This document shows, one piece after another, positions 37,486-46,151 of a stretch of 64,000 nucleotides of DNA (positions are counted from its first letter, which is position 1; each line of letters begins with the position of its first letter). This DNA is from Clostridia bacterium (GTDB taxonomy: Bacteria > Bacillota > Clostridia > Oscillospirales > CAG-272), in contig JAFUQU010000001.1 of NCBI GenBank assembly GCA_017472255.1, positions 5,304 through 69,303 on the forward strand. The letters run 5' to 3'. The notes under the pieces were generated by a model. The model searched no databases. It saw nothing but the letters and a program-made list of their open reading frames with translations, and was not told where the DNA came from. Position numbers and translations under genes: made by a program.

Positions 37486-37740
37486 TCAGAATGACTTGTA
37501 GATGTCGCCGCGATTTCCAATATGAATGATGCGGATGATCAGAAGGTCGTTATGAACGGAATACAGAATTCTGAAATCACCGACACGCAGACGAAAAAGA
37601 TCAGAACTGCCTTTCAGAACCTTGATGTCGCCATGATCGGGTAACTGCTTGATTGCAGCTAAAATTCGTTTCTGCTGTGAAAGCTGTTGTTTAGCGATAA
37701 ATTTTTGAGCGGGTTTCTCAATAACAATTTTATAATTCAT
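37486..37740 (-). CDS. type II toxin, RelE/ParE family
   Basis: 84 aa. LRVGDFRILYSVHNDLLIIRIIHIGNRGDIY is typical of RelE/ParE. Overlaps the upstream small gene by 11 nt. Confidence 0.75.
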   Translation of the reverse strand: MNYKIVIEKPAQKFIAKQQLSQQKRILAAIKQLPDHGDIKVLKGSSDLFRLRVGDFRILYSVHNDLLIIRIIHIGNRGDIYKSF

Positions 37741-38008
37741 TCAGATCGACCCCGCACAATGCAGCCATTTCTTCCAATGTTACAGATTCGCCTTTGTCCG
37801 GATCGTTTTCATATTCACGGAGAAGCTGTTCACAGAAAGCATCATCTTCGGCTTCTTCCTGCATTTTTTTTGCGGCGCGGAGCATAATCATGATGCCTTC
37901 CAGCTGAGAACTCAATTTTTGAGAGGCTTCCAGCATGATGAGTAAGCTTTCGAGCTGAGGCTCATTCATCCCATCAATAATTGCGGCGCATTTCTCACGA
38001 TTGCTCAT
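37730..38008 (-). CDS. cognate antitoxin (small acidic protein)
   Basis: 92 aa and acidic. Sits immediately upstream of, and overlaps, the toxin gene. SD GGAGG lies upstream. Confidence 0.6.
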   Translation of the reverse strand: MSNREKCAAIIDGMNEPQLESLLIMLEASQKLSSQLEGIMIMLRAAKKMQEEAEDDAFCEQLLREYENDPDKGESVTLEEMAALCGVDLNEL

Positions 38009-38066
38009 AGGAATTTAACCTCCTTGGAGATTGTATTAACCTGAAATTCTATTCCTTATATAATAT

Positions 38067-38095
38067 AGTATATCACAAATTATACAAAAAGTCAA
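38067..38095 (-). promoter_or_regulatory. promoter of the TA pair (TTGACT-N17-TGaTATACT)
   Basis: Reverse complement reads TTGACTttttgtataatttgtgaTATACT. Confidence 0.6.
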
Positions 38096-38111
38096 CAGCC
38101 CCGCAGGCACC

Positions 38112-39176
38112 TCAATAAATAAAGCAGGCATCGCCGAAGGAGAAGAAGCGGTACTGTTCCTTGATGGCGGTCTGGTATGCGTTCAGCATGATGTCGCGGG
38201 AAGCGAACGCCGACACCAGCATCAGCAGCGTGCTTTCGGGAAGGTGGAAGTTGGTGATCAGCGCGTCCACCGCCTTGAAGCGGTAGCCGGGGTAGATGAA
38301 AATGCCCGTGTCGCCGTGAAGGGGATGCACGATGCCGTTCTCGTCAGCCACGCTTTCCAGCGTGCGGCAGGAGGTTGTGCCCACTGCGACGATGCGCCCG
38401 CCCGCAGCGCGCCGTTCGTTAATCAGCGCTGCCGATTCCTCGGGGACGGAAAAATACTCAGAGTGCATTACATGATCCGTGATCGAATCCACCTTCACCG
38501 GACGGAAGGTGCCAAGCCCAACGTGTAGCATCACCGGCGCGATGGCAACACCTTTGGCGCGGATCTCGTCCAGCAGCTCATCGGTGAAGTGCAGACCGGC
38601 GGTGGGAGCGGCGGCGGAGCCTTCGGTTTTGGCGTAGACCGTCTGGTAGCGGGACTTGTCCGCCAGACGCTCGGTGATATAGGGGGGCAGGGGCATATTG
38701 CCGATCTTGTCCAAAATGTCGTAGATGTTGGATTTTTCGTGGTCGTAAACAAACTTCACCAGACGGTTGCCGCCCTCCAGCGTTTCAAGAACGTCGGCAC
38801 GAAGCAGACCTTCCCCGAATACAATGGAAGTGCCGGGCTTCACACGCCGTCCGGGGCGCACCATCACCTCCCATGTGTCAAGCTCCTGCTGACGGAGCAG
38901 CACGAACTCGATCTCGGCGCCGGTTTCGGCCTTGACGCCGTAAAGCCGGGCGGGGATGACCTTGGAGTTGTTGATAACCAGTACATCGCCCGGGTTCAGC
39001 AGGTCGATGATGTCGTGGAAGATTTTGTGGGAAAGCTCGCCGGTGCGGCGGTCGATGGTCATGAGCCGGGAGTGGTCGCGCTGCTCGGCGGGATGCTGGG
39101 CGATCAGCTCCTGCGGCAGGTCATAATAGAAATCTTTGGTAGTCAGCTGGGTTGGAATACGGTCGTTTGTAATCAT
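38112..39176 (-). CDS. queA: S-adenosylmethionine:tRNA ribosyltransferase-isomerase
   Basis: [24 protein letters not shown] and conserved C-terminal regions. ATG 39176 is preferred; the track's 41-aa N-terminal extension is rejected. Confidence 0.9.
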   Translation of the reverse strand: MITNDRIPTQLTTKDFYYDLPQELIAQHPAEQRDHSRLMTIDRRTGELSHKIFHDIIDLLNPGDVLVINNSKVIPARLYGVKAETGAEIEFVLLRQQELDTWEVMVRPGRRVKPGTSIVFGEGLLRADVLETLEGGNRLVKFVYDHEKSNIYDILDKIGNMPLPPYITERLADKSRYQTVYAKTEGSAAAPTAGLHFTDELLDEIRAKGVAIAPVMLHVGLGTFRPVKVDSITDHVMHSEYFSVPEESAALINERRAAGGRIVAVGTTSCRTLESVADENGIVHPLHGDTGIFIYPGYRFKAVDALITNFHLPESTLLMLVSAFASRDIMLNAYQTAIKEQYRFFSFGDACFIY

Positions 39177-39225
39177 TGCACAAAAATATGCTCCTTGTGT
39201 GGCGGAAATTTTTATTGGTTGGGGT

Positions 39226-39254
39226 TTGACAAAGACGGATAAATGTGATATCAT
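39226..39254 (+). promoter_or_regulatory. promoter of the L-box/dapA transcript (TTGACA-N17-TGaTATCAT)
   Basis: Exact -35 and an extended -10, about 30 nt upstream of the riboswitch P1. Confidence 0.6.
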
Positions 39255-39286
39255 AATAGTGGTACGTAATATACGTGCTGTTGAAT

Positions 39287-39526
39287 GATAGAGGCGCATT
39301 TTCCGATGAGTAGGCAGATCAGGCGTGATTGACCCATCCGCTGCGGCGCACCGTGGCCGTTAAGACCTTCCGAAAGGCCGAAGATGCCGAAGATAAGCAG
39401 CGGCGGGCGCTGCCTGTCTGGTTCCAGCGCGAATCCCGTTTCGCGCACGAAAGCGTTGCTTTCAGGCGAACAGCCATGGAACTGTCATCATATTGCCGCC
39501 TTCGCGCGGCTTGATGGAGAGCTATC
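39287..39526 (+). promoter_or_regulatory. lysine riboswitch (L-box) aptamer
   Basis: Conserved L-box blocks in order: GATAGAGGCGC, GATGAGTAGGC, GATGCCGAAG, CTGG, ACTGTCA, TGGAGAGCTATC. P1 is GATAG/CTATC. This matches the B. subtilis lysC and T. maritima L-box patterns as I recall them. Confidence 0.85.
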
Positions 39527-39592
39527 TGAATGTATCAGAATATTGCGGTGGGCGCCGATACTGTCCTCCTTAATATTATAGTACATAGATAG

Positions 39593-39620
39593 CTGGTTTT
39601 CAACCAGTTTTTTTATTTTT
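39593..39620 (+). terminator. riboswitch expression-platform terminator
   Basis: CTGGTT-ttc-AACCAG followed by TTTTTTTATTTTT, 100 nt upstream of dapA. Confidence 0.7.
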
Positions 39621-39725
39621 GATGCGGTCGGACGAAACTTTTCAGATTTTGTGCAGACAGGACGAAAAAACACGAATCTGATTGTACATATTGCCGACCG
39701 TCCGAGAAAGGCAAGGAGAATTGTT

Positions 39726-40619
39726 ATGAGCACACAGAAATCCACCATCTTTACCGGCGCCGCCGTCGCCATCGTTACCCCCTTTACGAACAACCAGGTC
39801 AACTATGACGAGCTGGGCGCTTTGATCGAACGCCAGATCGCCGGTTCCACCGACGCCATCGTCATCTGCGGCACCACCGGCGAATCCTCCACCCTCACCG
39901 ACGAGGAGCACCGCGAGTGCATCCGCTTCTGCGTGGAAAAGGTTGCAGGACGTGTCCCGGTCATCGCGGGCACCGGTTCCAACGATACCGACTACGCCAT
40001 CGATCTGTCCCGTTACGCCTGCGACGTGGGCGCGGACGCTTTGCTGCTGGTGACTCCCTACTACAACAAGGCTACTCCCAAGGGTCTGATTAAGAGCTTC
40101 ACCGCCGTCGCCGACGCTTCCAGCAAGCCGATCATCCTGTACAACGTGCCTTCCCGCACCGGCGTGGGCATTACGCTGCCCGTTTACAAAGAGCTGGCCA
40201 AGCATGAGCGCATCGTCGCCGTCAAGGAAGCCAGCGGCAATCTTTCGGCCATCGCCGAGCTGTTCGCCGAATGCGGCGATTCGCTGGACGTCTACAGCGG
40301 CAACGATGACCAGATCGTGCCGATCCTGTCTCTGGGCGGCAAGGGCGTTATCTCGGTTCTGTCCAACGTCATTCCGAAGGAGACCCACGATATCTGCCAG
40401 AACTGGTTCGACGGCAACGTGAAGGCTTCCGCCGACCTCCAGCTGAAGTACCTGAAGCTGGCCAATGCCCTTTTCTACGAGGTCAACCCGGTTCCCGTCA
40501 AGACCGCCATGAGCCTGATGGGCTTCTGCAATGAGGAAATGCGCCTGCCCCTGTGCGAGATGGCGGACGAGAACAAGGCGAAGCTGATCGCTGTCATGAA
40601 GGAATACAAGCTCATCTAA
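39726..40619 (+). CDS. dapA: 4-hydroxy-tetrahydrodipicolinate synthase
   Basis: AIVTPF...ICGTTGESSTLTDEEH...YNVPSRTG motifs. AAGGAG lies upstream of ATG 39726. Confidence 0.95.
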   Translation: MSTQKSTIFTGAAVAIVTPFTNNQVNYDELGALIERQIAGSTDAIVICGTTGESSTLTDEEHRECIRFCVEKVAGRVPVIAGTGSNDTDYAIDLSRYACDVGADALLLVTPYYNKATPKGLIKSFTAVADASSKPIILYNVPSRTGVGITLPVYKELAKHERIVAVKEASGNLSAIAELFAECGDSLDVYSGNDDQIVPILSLGGKGVISVLSNVIPKETHDICQNWFDGNVKASADLQLKYLKLANALFYEVNPVPVKTAMSLMGFCNEEMRLPLCEMADENKAKLIAVMKEYKLI

Positions 40620-40716
40620 ATTTGTAGGGGCGCCATGCGGCCTTCGGTCGCGTATGACCGCCTGAGAACGATCTACAATAGAATTACACGAAACAACAAT
40701 TCAAGGAGAAGAAAAA

Positions 40717-41472
40717 ATGCCGGAAATTAAAATTCTCCTCTCGGGCGCCATGGGACGGCTCGGCAGAGCCGTCACCGCCGCCTGCGAGGAAAGCGATGTT
40801 TATAAGGTTGTCGCGGGCGTGGATATTCAGCCTGCGGCGGAGAAGTTCCCCGTTTACGCAAAGCCCGCTGACTGCGACTGCGATGTGGATGTGATCATCG
40901 ACTGTTCCCATCACACGGCGGTGGGACCGCTGCTCGATTACGCCATTGAGAAGAAGCTGCCGGTTGTTATCTGCACCACCGGTCATACGGTCAGCGAAGT
41001 GACCCGTATCCATGAAGCTGCGGCAAGCATCCCGGTCTTCTATTCGCGCAATATGTCCGTGGGCATCAATCTGCTCATCGAGCTTGCCAAGAAGGCGGCG
41101 AAGGTGCTGGGCGAGGATTTCGACATCGAGATTATCGAGAAGCATCACAACAAGAAGCTGGACGCTCCCAGCGGAACGGCGCTGATGATCGCCGACGCGG
41201 TGGCGGATACGGTTTATTACGAGCCGGAGTATGTCTACGAGCGCCAGTCCAGACGGCAGGCGCGGGATAAAAAGGAAATCGGCATCCATTCTGTGCGCGG
41301 CGGCACCATCGTCGGCGAGCATGAAATTCTGTTCGCCGGCACCGATGAGGTCATCACCATCAGCCATCAGGCGGCATCCCGCGATGTGTTCGCAAGGGGC
41401 GCCATCCGTGCGGCAGGCTACGTCGTTGGCAAGGAGCCGGGCTTCTACGATATGTCCACCATGCTGGCTTGA
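40717..41472 (+). CDS. dapB: 4-hydroxy-tetrahydrodipicolinate reductase
   Basis: GAMGRLG dinucleotide motif and EKHHNKKLDAPSGTA catalytic motif. Confidence 0.95.
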   Translation: MPEIKILLSGAMGRLGRAVTAACEESDVYKVVAGVDIQPAAEKFPVYAKPADCDCDVDVIIDCSHHTAVGPLLDYAIEKKLPVVICTTGHTVSEVTRIHEAAASIPVFYSRNMSVGINLLIELAKKAAKVLGEDFDIEIIEKHHNKKLDAPSGTALMIADAVADTVYYEPEYVYERQSRRQARDKKEIGIHSVRGGTIVGEHEILFAGTDEVITISHQAASRDVFARGAIRAAGYVVGKEPGFYDMSTMLA

Positions 41473-41483
41473 GGAGGACGGGG

Positions 41484-42071
41484 ATGAAGAAAATCCGCAT
41501 TCTGACGCTGGTTCTGCTGGCAGCGCTGGTACTGTTCGCCGTAAGCTGCGGCACGCAAAAAGCGTCGGGCAAATATGAAGCGGTCATCGAAATCGCCGAT
41601 TACGGCACCATCAAGCTGACGTTGGACGGCGACGCGGCTCCCATCACGGTGGCGAACTTCGTGTCGCTGGCTGAGGACGGCTTCTACGACGGGCTGACCT
41701 TCCATCGGATTGTAGAAGGCTTTGTGATGCAGGGCGGCGACCCGGAGGGAACCGGTCTTGGCGGTTCGGACAAGAAGATCAAGGGGGAGTTCAGCATCAA
41801 CGGCTGGGACAATCCGATCTCTCATGTGCGGGGCGTCATCTCCATGGCGCGCAGCAGCGACCCGGACAGCGCGCGCTCCCAGTTCTTCATCGTACATCAG
41901 GACAGCACTTTTCTGGATGGGCAGTATGCGGCTTTCGGCTGGGTAACAGAGGGCATGGAGGTTGTGGACGCCATCTGCGAGGCGGCCAAGCCCTATGACA
42001 CCAACGGTTCGATTCGAGCCGAGCAGCAGCCGGTGATCACGTCCATTACGGTGACGAAGGCTGATGGATAA
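41484..42071 (+). CDS. cyclophilin-type peptidyl-prolyl isomerase, lipoprotein
   Basis: Lipobox LFAVSC. FHRIVEGFVMQGGDP motif. GAGGAGG lies 5 nt upstream of the ATG. Confidence 0.9.
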   Translation: MKKIRILTLVLLAALVLFAVSCGTQKASGKYEAVIEIADYGTIKLTLDGDAAPITVANFVSLAEDGFYDGLTFHRIVEGFVMQGGDPEGTGLGGSDKKIKGEFSINGWDNPISHVRGVISMARSSDPDSARSQFFIVHQDSTFLDGQYAAFGWVTEGMEVVDAICEAAKPYDTNGSIRAEQQPVITSITVTKADG

Positions 42072-42082
42072 TCAGATAAAAG

Positions 42083-42114
42083 AGAGCAGGAAATGCGTCA
42101 GCATTTCCTGCTCT
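42083..42114. terminator. terminator hairpin between convergent genes
   Basis: Perfect 14-bp stem AGAGCAGGAAATGC/GCATTTCCTGCTCT with loop GTCA. Confidence 0.65.
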
Positions 42115-42132
42115 TGTCGATTCAGGCGATGT

Positions 42133-43047
42133 TCAGATGTGAATTTCCTCCGAAAGGCGCATAACCTCGGCCTCGGTCAGACCGCAGACTGCGGCGATCT
42201 CCTGTGTGGTCAGCTTGCGGGATTTGACCAGATTGAGGGCGATGACCCGGCTGCGTTCGGCTTTGCCGGCGGCTTTTCCCTGCGCTTCACCTTCGGCTTT
42301 TCCCTCGGTTTTGCCCCTTGCCACTCCCTCGGCAATTCCCTGTGCTCTCGCTTCGGCAAAATCCTCCGCGTACAGCTCCCTGTATAATGCTGCTACTGCG
42401 TCGCTCATTTTATTCGCTCCTTTCCCGTCATCTTTCCAATAGCGTGCCCGCTCGGACAGCTCCCGATACACCATTTCCTCCGGCTTGGGGCAGAAAAAAT
42501 CGTGCATCAGCCGTCCAAGCTGCGTATCGTCCCGATTCTCGCCGTTCACATAGAGAATGTGAGAACCGTCTCCGAAGGGACGTCCGGTTTCCTCGATGGT
42601 TCTGTTAATGGTATACAACGGCAGGCGGTCGCCAAAAATATCCTTCTCCGTGATGAAAATCACATAGGTTTCGGCAAGCTCATCAAAGCTGTCGCCGGGC
42701 AGTGTGATGTCTGCGTCGATCAAGCTGCTGTTGTAGCGCGCTCGTCTGGCGCTGGCGCCCCGGCTGTCGCGCTGCACCTCGATGTTGTATTTTGTTCCGG
42801 CACTGTCGGTGGCCAGTACATCCAGCCGAACCGACCGCTTGTGAAGGTTTTGCAGGGAATACTGCACCTGCACGCTTTCGACGACCAGATCGTCAATGCC
42901 GAGTATAATTCGCAGCACAAACTGCGTACATTCCGGGCTGTCTTCAAAAAACTTTGACATGAAGATATCATCCATCAGACAAAGCTCATCAATATGACGC
43001 CGGATAAGCTCCTGCTTTCTGCGTTCTCTGTCCGTCAATTCCAACAC
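42133..43047 (-). CDS. PD-(D/E)XK nuclease-family 'transposase'-like protein (Rpn/YhgA-like), copy 1
   Basis: LDVLATDSAGTKYNIEVQ (D...ExQ nuclease core). Gly/Ala/Lys/Glu-repeat C-terminus. About 75% identical to copy 2 by eye. Non-ATG start (GTG 43047, TTG 43044 or TTG 43038). Confidence 0.7.
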   Translation of the reverse strand: MLELTDRERRKQELIRRHIDELCLMDDIFMSKFFEDSPECTQFVLRIILGIDDLVVESVQVQYSLQNLHKRSVRLDVLATDSAGTKYNIEVQRDSRGASARRARYNSSLIDADITLPGDSFDELAETYVIFITEKDIFGDRLPLYTINRTIEETGRPFGDGSHILYVNGENRDDTQLGRLMHDFFCPKPEEMVYRELSERARYWKDDGKGANKMSDAVAALYRELYAEDFAEARAQGIAEGVARGKTEGKAEGEAQGKAAGKAERSRVIALNLVKSRKLTTQEIAAVCGLTEAEVMRLSEEIHI

Positions 43048-43065
43048 ACCTCCGATGCTACTGTT

Positions 43066-43094
43066 ATTATAGCACAGTATGCCCGCGCTGTCAA
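43066..43094 (-). promoter_or_regulatory. promoter of Rpn-like copy 1 (TTGACA-N17-TGcTATAAT)
   Basis: Reverse complement reads TTGACAgcgcgggcatactgtgcTATAAT. Homologous to the copy 2 promoter. Confidence 0.65.
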
Positions 43095-43105
43095 CAGATA
43101 TTTTG

Positions 43106-44128
43106 TTAATTCAGCTCCTGCCGCCACAAATCAGCAATCCGACTGAATACTGCCAGATGCCGCGTATCCACCAACCGCCCGTCCGCCGTATACGTGGGGC
43201 AAATCCATCCGCCCTCCTCAAACTCATTCCAGGCGAAGGTCAGAATGTGCCCGATGGCGGCGTCACGGTGGGATTTTACCCATTCGCTCATACGCTTGGC
43301 GCCGGTCAGAAACTCCTCATCGTTCGCTTCGGGGGCGTAAAACTCCGAGGGATATTTCGTCCACGGCACCGGATTTTCGATTCGCGGCGAAGGCTCCCAT
43401 CCCATAGAGAACAGCGGAACCACGCCAAGACCGCTGGCGGCTCGGCGGTTATTTTCAGCTTCCAAACGGTCGGTCAGCTGGGCATAGCTGTTCACCTTGC
43501 TGGCGGTGCAGGCGTAGGCTGACAGACCTTCCACACGGCAGCTGTCATCCTTCGGCGCGCCGCCCAGCGCGACCACATAGGGATCGGCCACACCTTGTTC
43601 GGCGGCGGTTTGACGGATGCGGTTGATGATATCAGCGCGGGAGCCGCCGAAGATATAGACCAGCGGACGTCCTTCCGTGTGCTCGTAGAAGGGCTCCTTC
43701 ATCGTGTCCACCAGCCGTTCCACATCGCCGTCGGTGAAGGGATGGCTGCCAATGATGGCGCACATATTGAGTCGATGCCGCAGCTCACTTTTGGCGTACA
43801 TATGCCGTGCCCAGGTCAATTCCCATACATGACCGCTGCAATCCGATTCATCCCGGGGAACATATCCCAGCGCGGTTTGATTGTCGTCGCCGTACCAGAC
43901 ATAGGCGAAATAATCGATGCCCGCGTCGATGGCATATTGCAGCTCCCGATCGTATTCCGCCTGTGTGCGTTCGGGAAAAACGATGCGGTTTTCCGATTGG
44001 ATGGCGGCATAGTAGGGCGTGCGGTGCCGGAAGTGAACAGGGCTGAGGGCATTGGAATCGTGGCGGCCGAAGTAGGTGGACGGCGGCAGGGAGCAGTCCC
44101 AGTTGATGACGCCGATGCGTATTGACAT
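43106..44128 (-). CDS. WbsX/GH99-like domain protein (putative glycan-active; function unknown)
   Basis: C-terminal FAWNEFEEGGW resembles the NEW-x-EG motif of the WbsX-like family, recalled and not searched. ATG 44128 lies 6 nt after AAGG. Confidence 0.4.
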   Translation of the reverse strand: MSIRIGVINWDCSLPPSTYFGRHDSNALSPVHFRHRTPYYAAIQSENRIVFPERTQAEYDRELQYAIDAGIDYFAYVWYGDDNQTALGYVPRDESDCSGHVWELTWARHMYAKSELRHRLNMCAIIGSHPFTDGDVERLVDTMKEPFYEHTEGRPLVYIFGGSRADIINRIRQTAAEQGVADPYVVALGGAPKDDSCRVEGLSAYACTASKVNSYAQLTDRLEAENNRRAASGLGVVPLFSMGWEPSPRIENPVPWTKYPSEFYAPEANDEEFLTGAKRMSEWVKSHRDAAIGHILTFAWNEFEEGGWICPTYTADGRLVDTRHLAVFSRIADLWRQELN

Positions 44129-44386
44129 AATCATCCTTCTTTCGTTTTTTATATATTATAGCATGGCGGTTCCCGGGTGTCAAGGCAAAAAAGTGACCGC
44201 CGAGGACAAAAAACGACCGATTGAATTGGTCTTTTTTGTCTTTGTCGGGAAATGGTAAAGGCTATGAAAAAAATCTGAAAAAATGATTTTCCCACCAAAA
44301 TTCGACAGACGTTTGACGCCGTATATGATATAATAATGGCACCGAACAGTAAAGACTGTCGGAAAAGCAACCCGGAGGTTGAAAAA

Positions 44387-44848
44387 ATGGAAATAAATAA
44401 GTATTGTGCTATTATTGGCGAAACGCCGGAGGAGCTGAGCTTCGGTTATGATGAGGATTACCTGACCTGTGTGGAGATGAAGCGCGACCTTCTGATGGCG
44501 ATGGTGAAGCAGATTGAGCAGGGAGTGACCGGATTTCTGACAGCCGTGGAGCAGGGTGCGGAGATGTGGTGCGCCGAAGCCTGCCTGGCGATGAAATCCA
44601 AGGGTGGACAGATCGAGCTGATCTGCGCTCCTACCTGCGAGGAGCAGGCCAACCGCTGGCATCCCGAGCGCCGGGAACGCTACTTCACCATTCTTGAACA
44701 GGCTGACGATGTCTGCGAAGGCGGCGACGAATACATATTGTCTAATGCCGCGGTGCTGCTGGTGCTGGGACATCCCGCTGGAACCCGTGCCGCGCGGCTG
44801 ATTGATGCGGCCAGGAAGCGCGGGCTGACGCTTTGCCAGGTGAGCTGA
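44387..44848 (+). CDS. YpsA/DUF1273-like SLOG-family protein
   Basis: CAIIG...GVTGFLTAVEQGAEMWCAEACL...W...RYFTILEQAD parallels B. subtilis YpsA (ITGY...[21 protein letters not shown]...W...YEAVLAQAD). GGAGG lies 8 nt upstream of ATG 44387. Confidence 0.55.
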   Translation: MEINKYCAIIGETPEELSFGYDEDYLTCVEMKRDLLMAMVKQIEQGVTGFLTAVEQGAEMWCAEACLAMKSKGGQIELICAPTCEEQANRWHPERRERYFTILEQADDVCEGGDEYILSNAAVLLVLGHPAGTRAARLIDAARKRGLTLCQVS

Positions 44849-44885
44849 ACGAAGCCGCATGAGACGACAATTCACAAAATATCTG

Positions 44886-44914
44886 TTGACAGTTTAGACG
44901 ATTCATGATATAAT
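44886..44914 (+). promoter_or_regulatory. promoter of Rpn-like copy 2 (TTGACA-N17-TGaTATAAT)
   Basis: Exact consensus hexamers. Confidence 0.65.
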
Positions 44915-44939
44915 AGCAATAGCATCGGAGGTGGGATGA

Positions 44940-45809
44940 ATGACCGAAAAGGAACGGATCAGGCAGGAGTTTTTGCGCCAGCGCGTACAGGATTTATGCT
45001 TGATGGACGACGTGTTCATGACGAAGGTTTTCGGGGAAAGTCCCGCGTGTACACAGCTGGTACTGCGCATCATCCTTGGAATCGAGGATCTTGTGGTAGA
45101 ACGGGTGCAGGTGCAGTATTCGCTTCAGAATATGCATAAGCGGTCGGTGCGGCTGGATGTGCTGGCTACCGACAAATCCGGGAAAAAGTATAACATTGAG
45201 ATTCAGCGCGACAGCCGCGGCGCCGGCGCGCGGAGGGCGCGGTATAACAGCAGCCTGATCGACGCGGACATGACGCTGCCCGGCGATGATTTTAACAGCT
45301 TGGCGGAGGTTTACGTGATTTTCATCACGGAGAAGGATTACTTCGGCGACGGACTGCCGCTGTATACCATCGAGCGCACCATCCGCGAAAACAGCCGCGC
45401 GTTTGGGGACGGCTCGTATATCATCTATGTGAACGGCGAGAATCGTGACGATACGCAGCTGGGGCAGTTGATGCACGATTTCTTCTGTTCGAAGCCGGCG
45501 GAGATGGTGTATAAGGAATTGGCGGATGAGGCACGCTATTGGAAAGAAGATGCGAAAGGAGCGAATATCATGAGCGAATCGTTAAGAGCAATGTTTTTGG
45601 AGCTGATGGCCGACGAATGCGCGGAAGCGCGTGCGGAAGGTGTTGCCGCAGGTACGGCGGAAGGCAAGATTGAGGGCATCGAAATCGGCGTAAAGCTGCT
45701 GATCGAGGCTATGGCGAAATCGGGCAAGTATTCTGCTCAGGAGATTGCTGATTTGTATAAGCTCGGTGAGACGGATGTTCTGCACCGTTCGGACAGTGCG
45801 CAGAATTGA
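44940..45809 (+). CDS. PD-(D/E)XK nuclease-family 'transposase'-like protein (Rpn/YhgA-like), copy 2
   Basis: LDVLATDKSGKKYNIEIQ core. GGAGGTG lies 6-7 nt upstream of the ATG. Confidence 0.7.
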   Translation: MTEKERIRQEFLRQRVQDLCLMDDVFMTKVFGESPACTQLVLRIILGIEDLVVERVQVQYSLQNMHKRSVRLDVLATDKSGKKYNIEIQRDSRGAGARRARYNSSLIDADMTLPGDDFNSLAEVYVIFITEKDYFGDGLPLYTIERTIRENSRAFGDGSYIIYVNGENRDDTQLGQLMHDFFCSKPAEMVYKELADEARYWKEDAKGANIMSESLRAMFLELMADECAEARAEGVAAGTAEGKIEGIEIGVKLLIEAMAKSGKYSAQEIADLYKLGETDVLHRSDSAQN

Positions 45810-45829
45810 CGGCTTATTATAAATAAACA

Positions 45830-45860
45830 GGCGGCACCGCGTCAGCGGTGCCGCCTTTTG
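45830..45860. terminator. terminator between convergent genes
   Basis: AGGCGGCACCGC-gtca-GCGGTGCCGCCT followed by TTTT. Confidence 0.8.
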
Positions 45861-45863
45861 GGT

Positions 45864-46088
45864 TTATTCTTCCGGCGGGATATATTCGATCAAGTCGCAG
45901 ATATCGCATTCCAGCGCGGCACATAAGCGTGCAAGCACATCCAAATCAATTCGTGCAATATCGTTTTTACAATAACGATTTAATTGTGTGCGTTCCATCT
46001 CTGCCCGATGACATATTTTGCTCTTGCTGATTCCTGATTTTTTGATTTGCTCCTCTAATTTCAAACGAATAATTCCATGTGTACTCAT
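45864..46088 (-). CDS. XRE-family HTH regulator (74 aa), paralog A
   Basis: SKSKICHRAEMERTQLNRYCKNDIARIDLDVLARLCAALECDICDLIEYIPPEE. ATG 46088 is preceded by GGGAG. Confidence 0.75.
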   Translation of the reverse strand: MSTHGIIRLKLEEQIKKSGISKSKICHRAEMERTQLNRYCKNDIARIDLDVLARLCAALECDICDLIEYIPPEE

Positions 46089-46107
46089 ATAAACCGACTC
46101 CCATCGA

Positions 46108-46122
46108 ATAATTAACAATTAT
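46108..46122. promoter_or_regulatory. palindrome ATAATT-N3-AATTAT between the two XRE genes; candidate operator
   Basis: Perfect 6-bp arms, located 20 nt upstream of the paralog A start. Confidence 0.3.
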
Positions 46123-46151
46123 GAAATATCGTATAATGATATTACTTTGGT

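Larger units (their letters stand above)
42133..43111 (-). repeat. left arm of the inverted duplication (promoter plus Rpn-like gene)
   Basis: Homology with 44869-45809 begins at AATTnACAAAATATCTGTTGACAG. It runs through the promoter and the SD (TAGCATCGGAGGTG) into the CDS. Confidence 0.7.
44869..45809 (+). repeat. right arm of the inverted duplication (promoter plus Rpn-like gene)
   Basis: See the left arm (42133-43111). Confidence 0.7.

Noticed and set aside
39488-40388. Track ORFs 39488-39802 (-) and 39642-40388 (-), and the N-terminal extension of dapA from 39651.
   Set aside because: They overlap the lysine riboswitch and its terminator, or lie antisense to dapA. The true dapA start at 39726 has an AAGGAG SD.
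43848-44258. Small ORFs in the divergent region between the WbsX-like and YpsA-like genes (43848-44183, 44076-44258, 44149-44370 and 44180-44875).
   Set aside because: They overlap each other and the real genes, lack SD sequences and have biased composition. The region is better explained as two divergent promoter/leader regions (for example TGATATAAT at 44325-44333).
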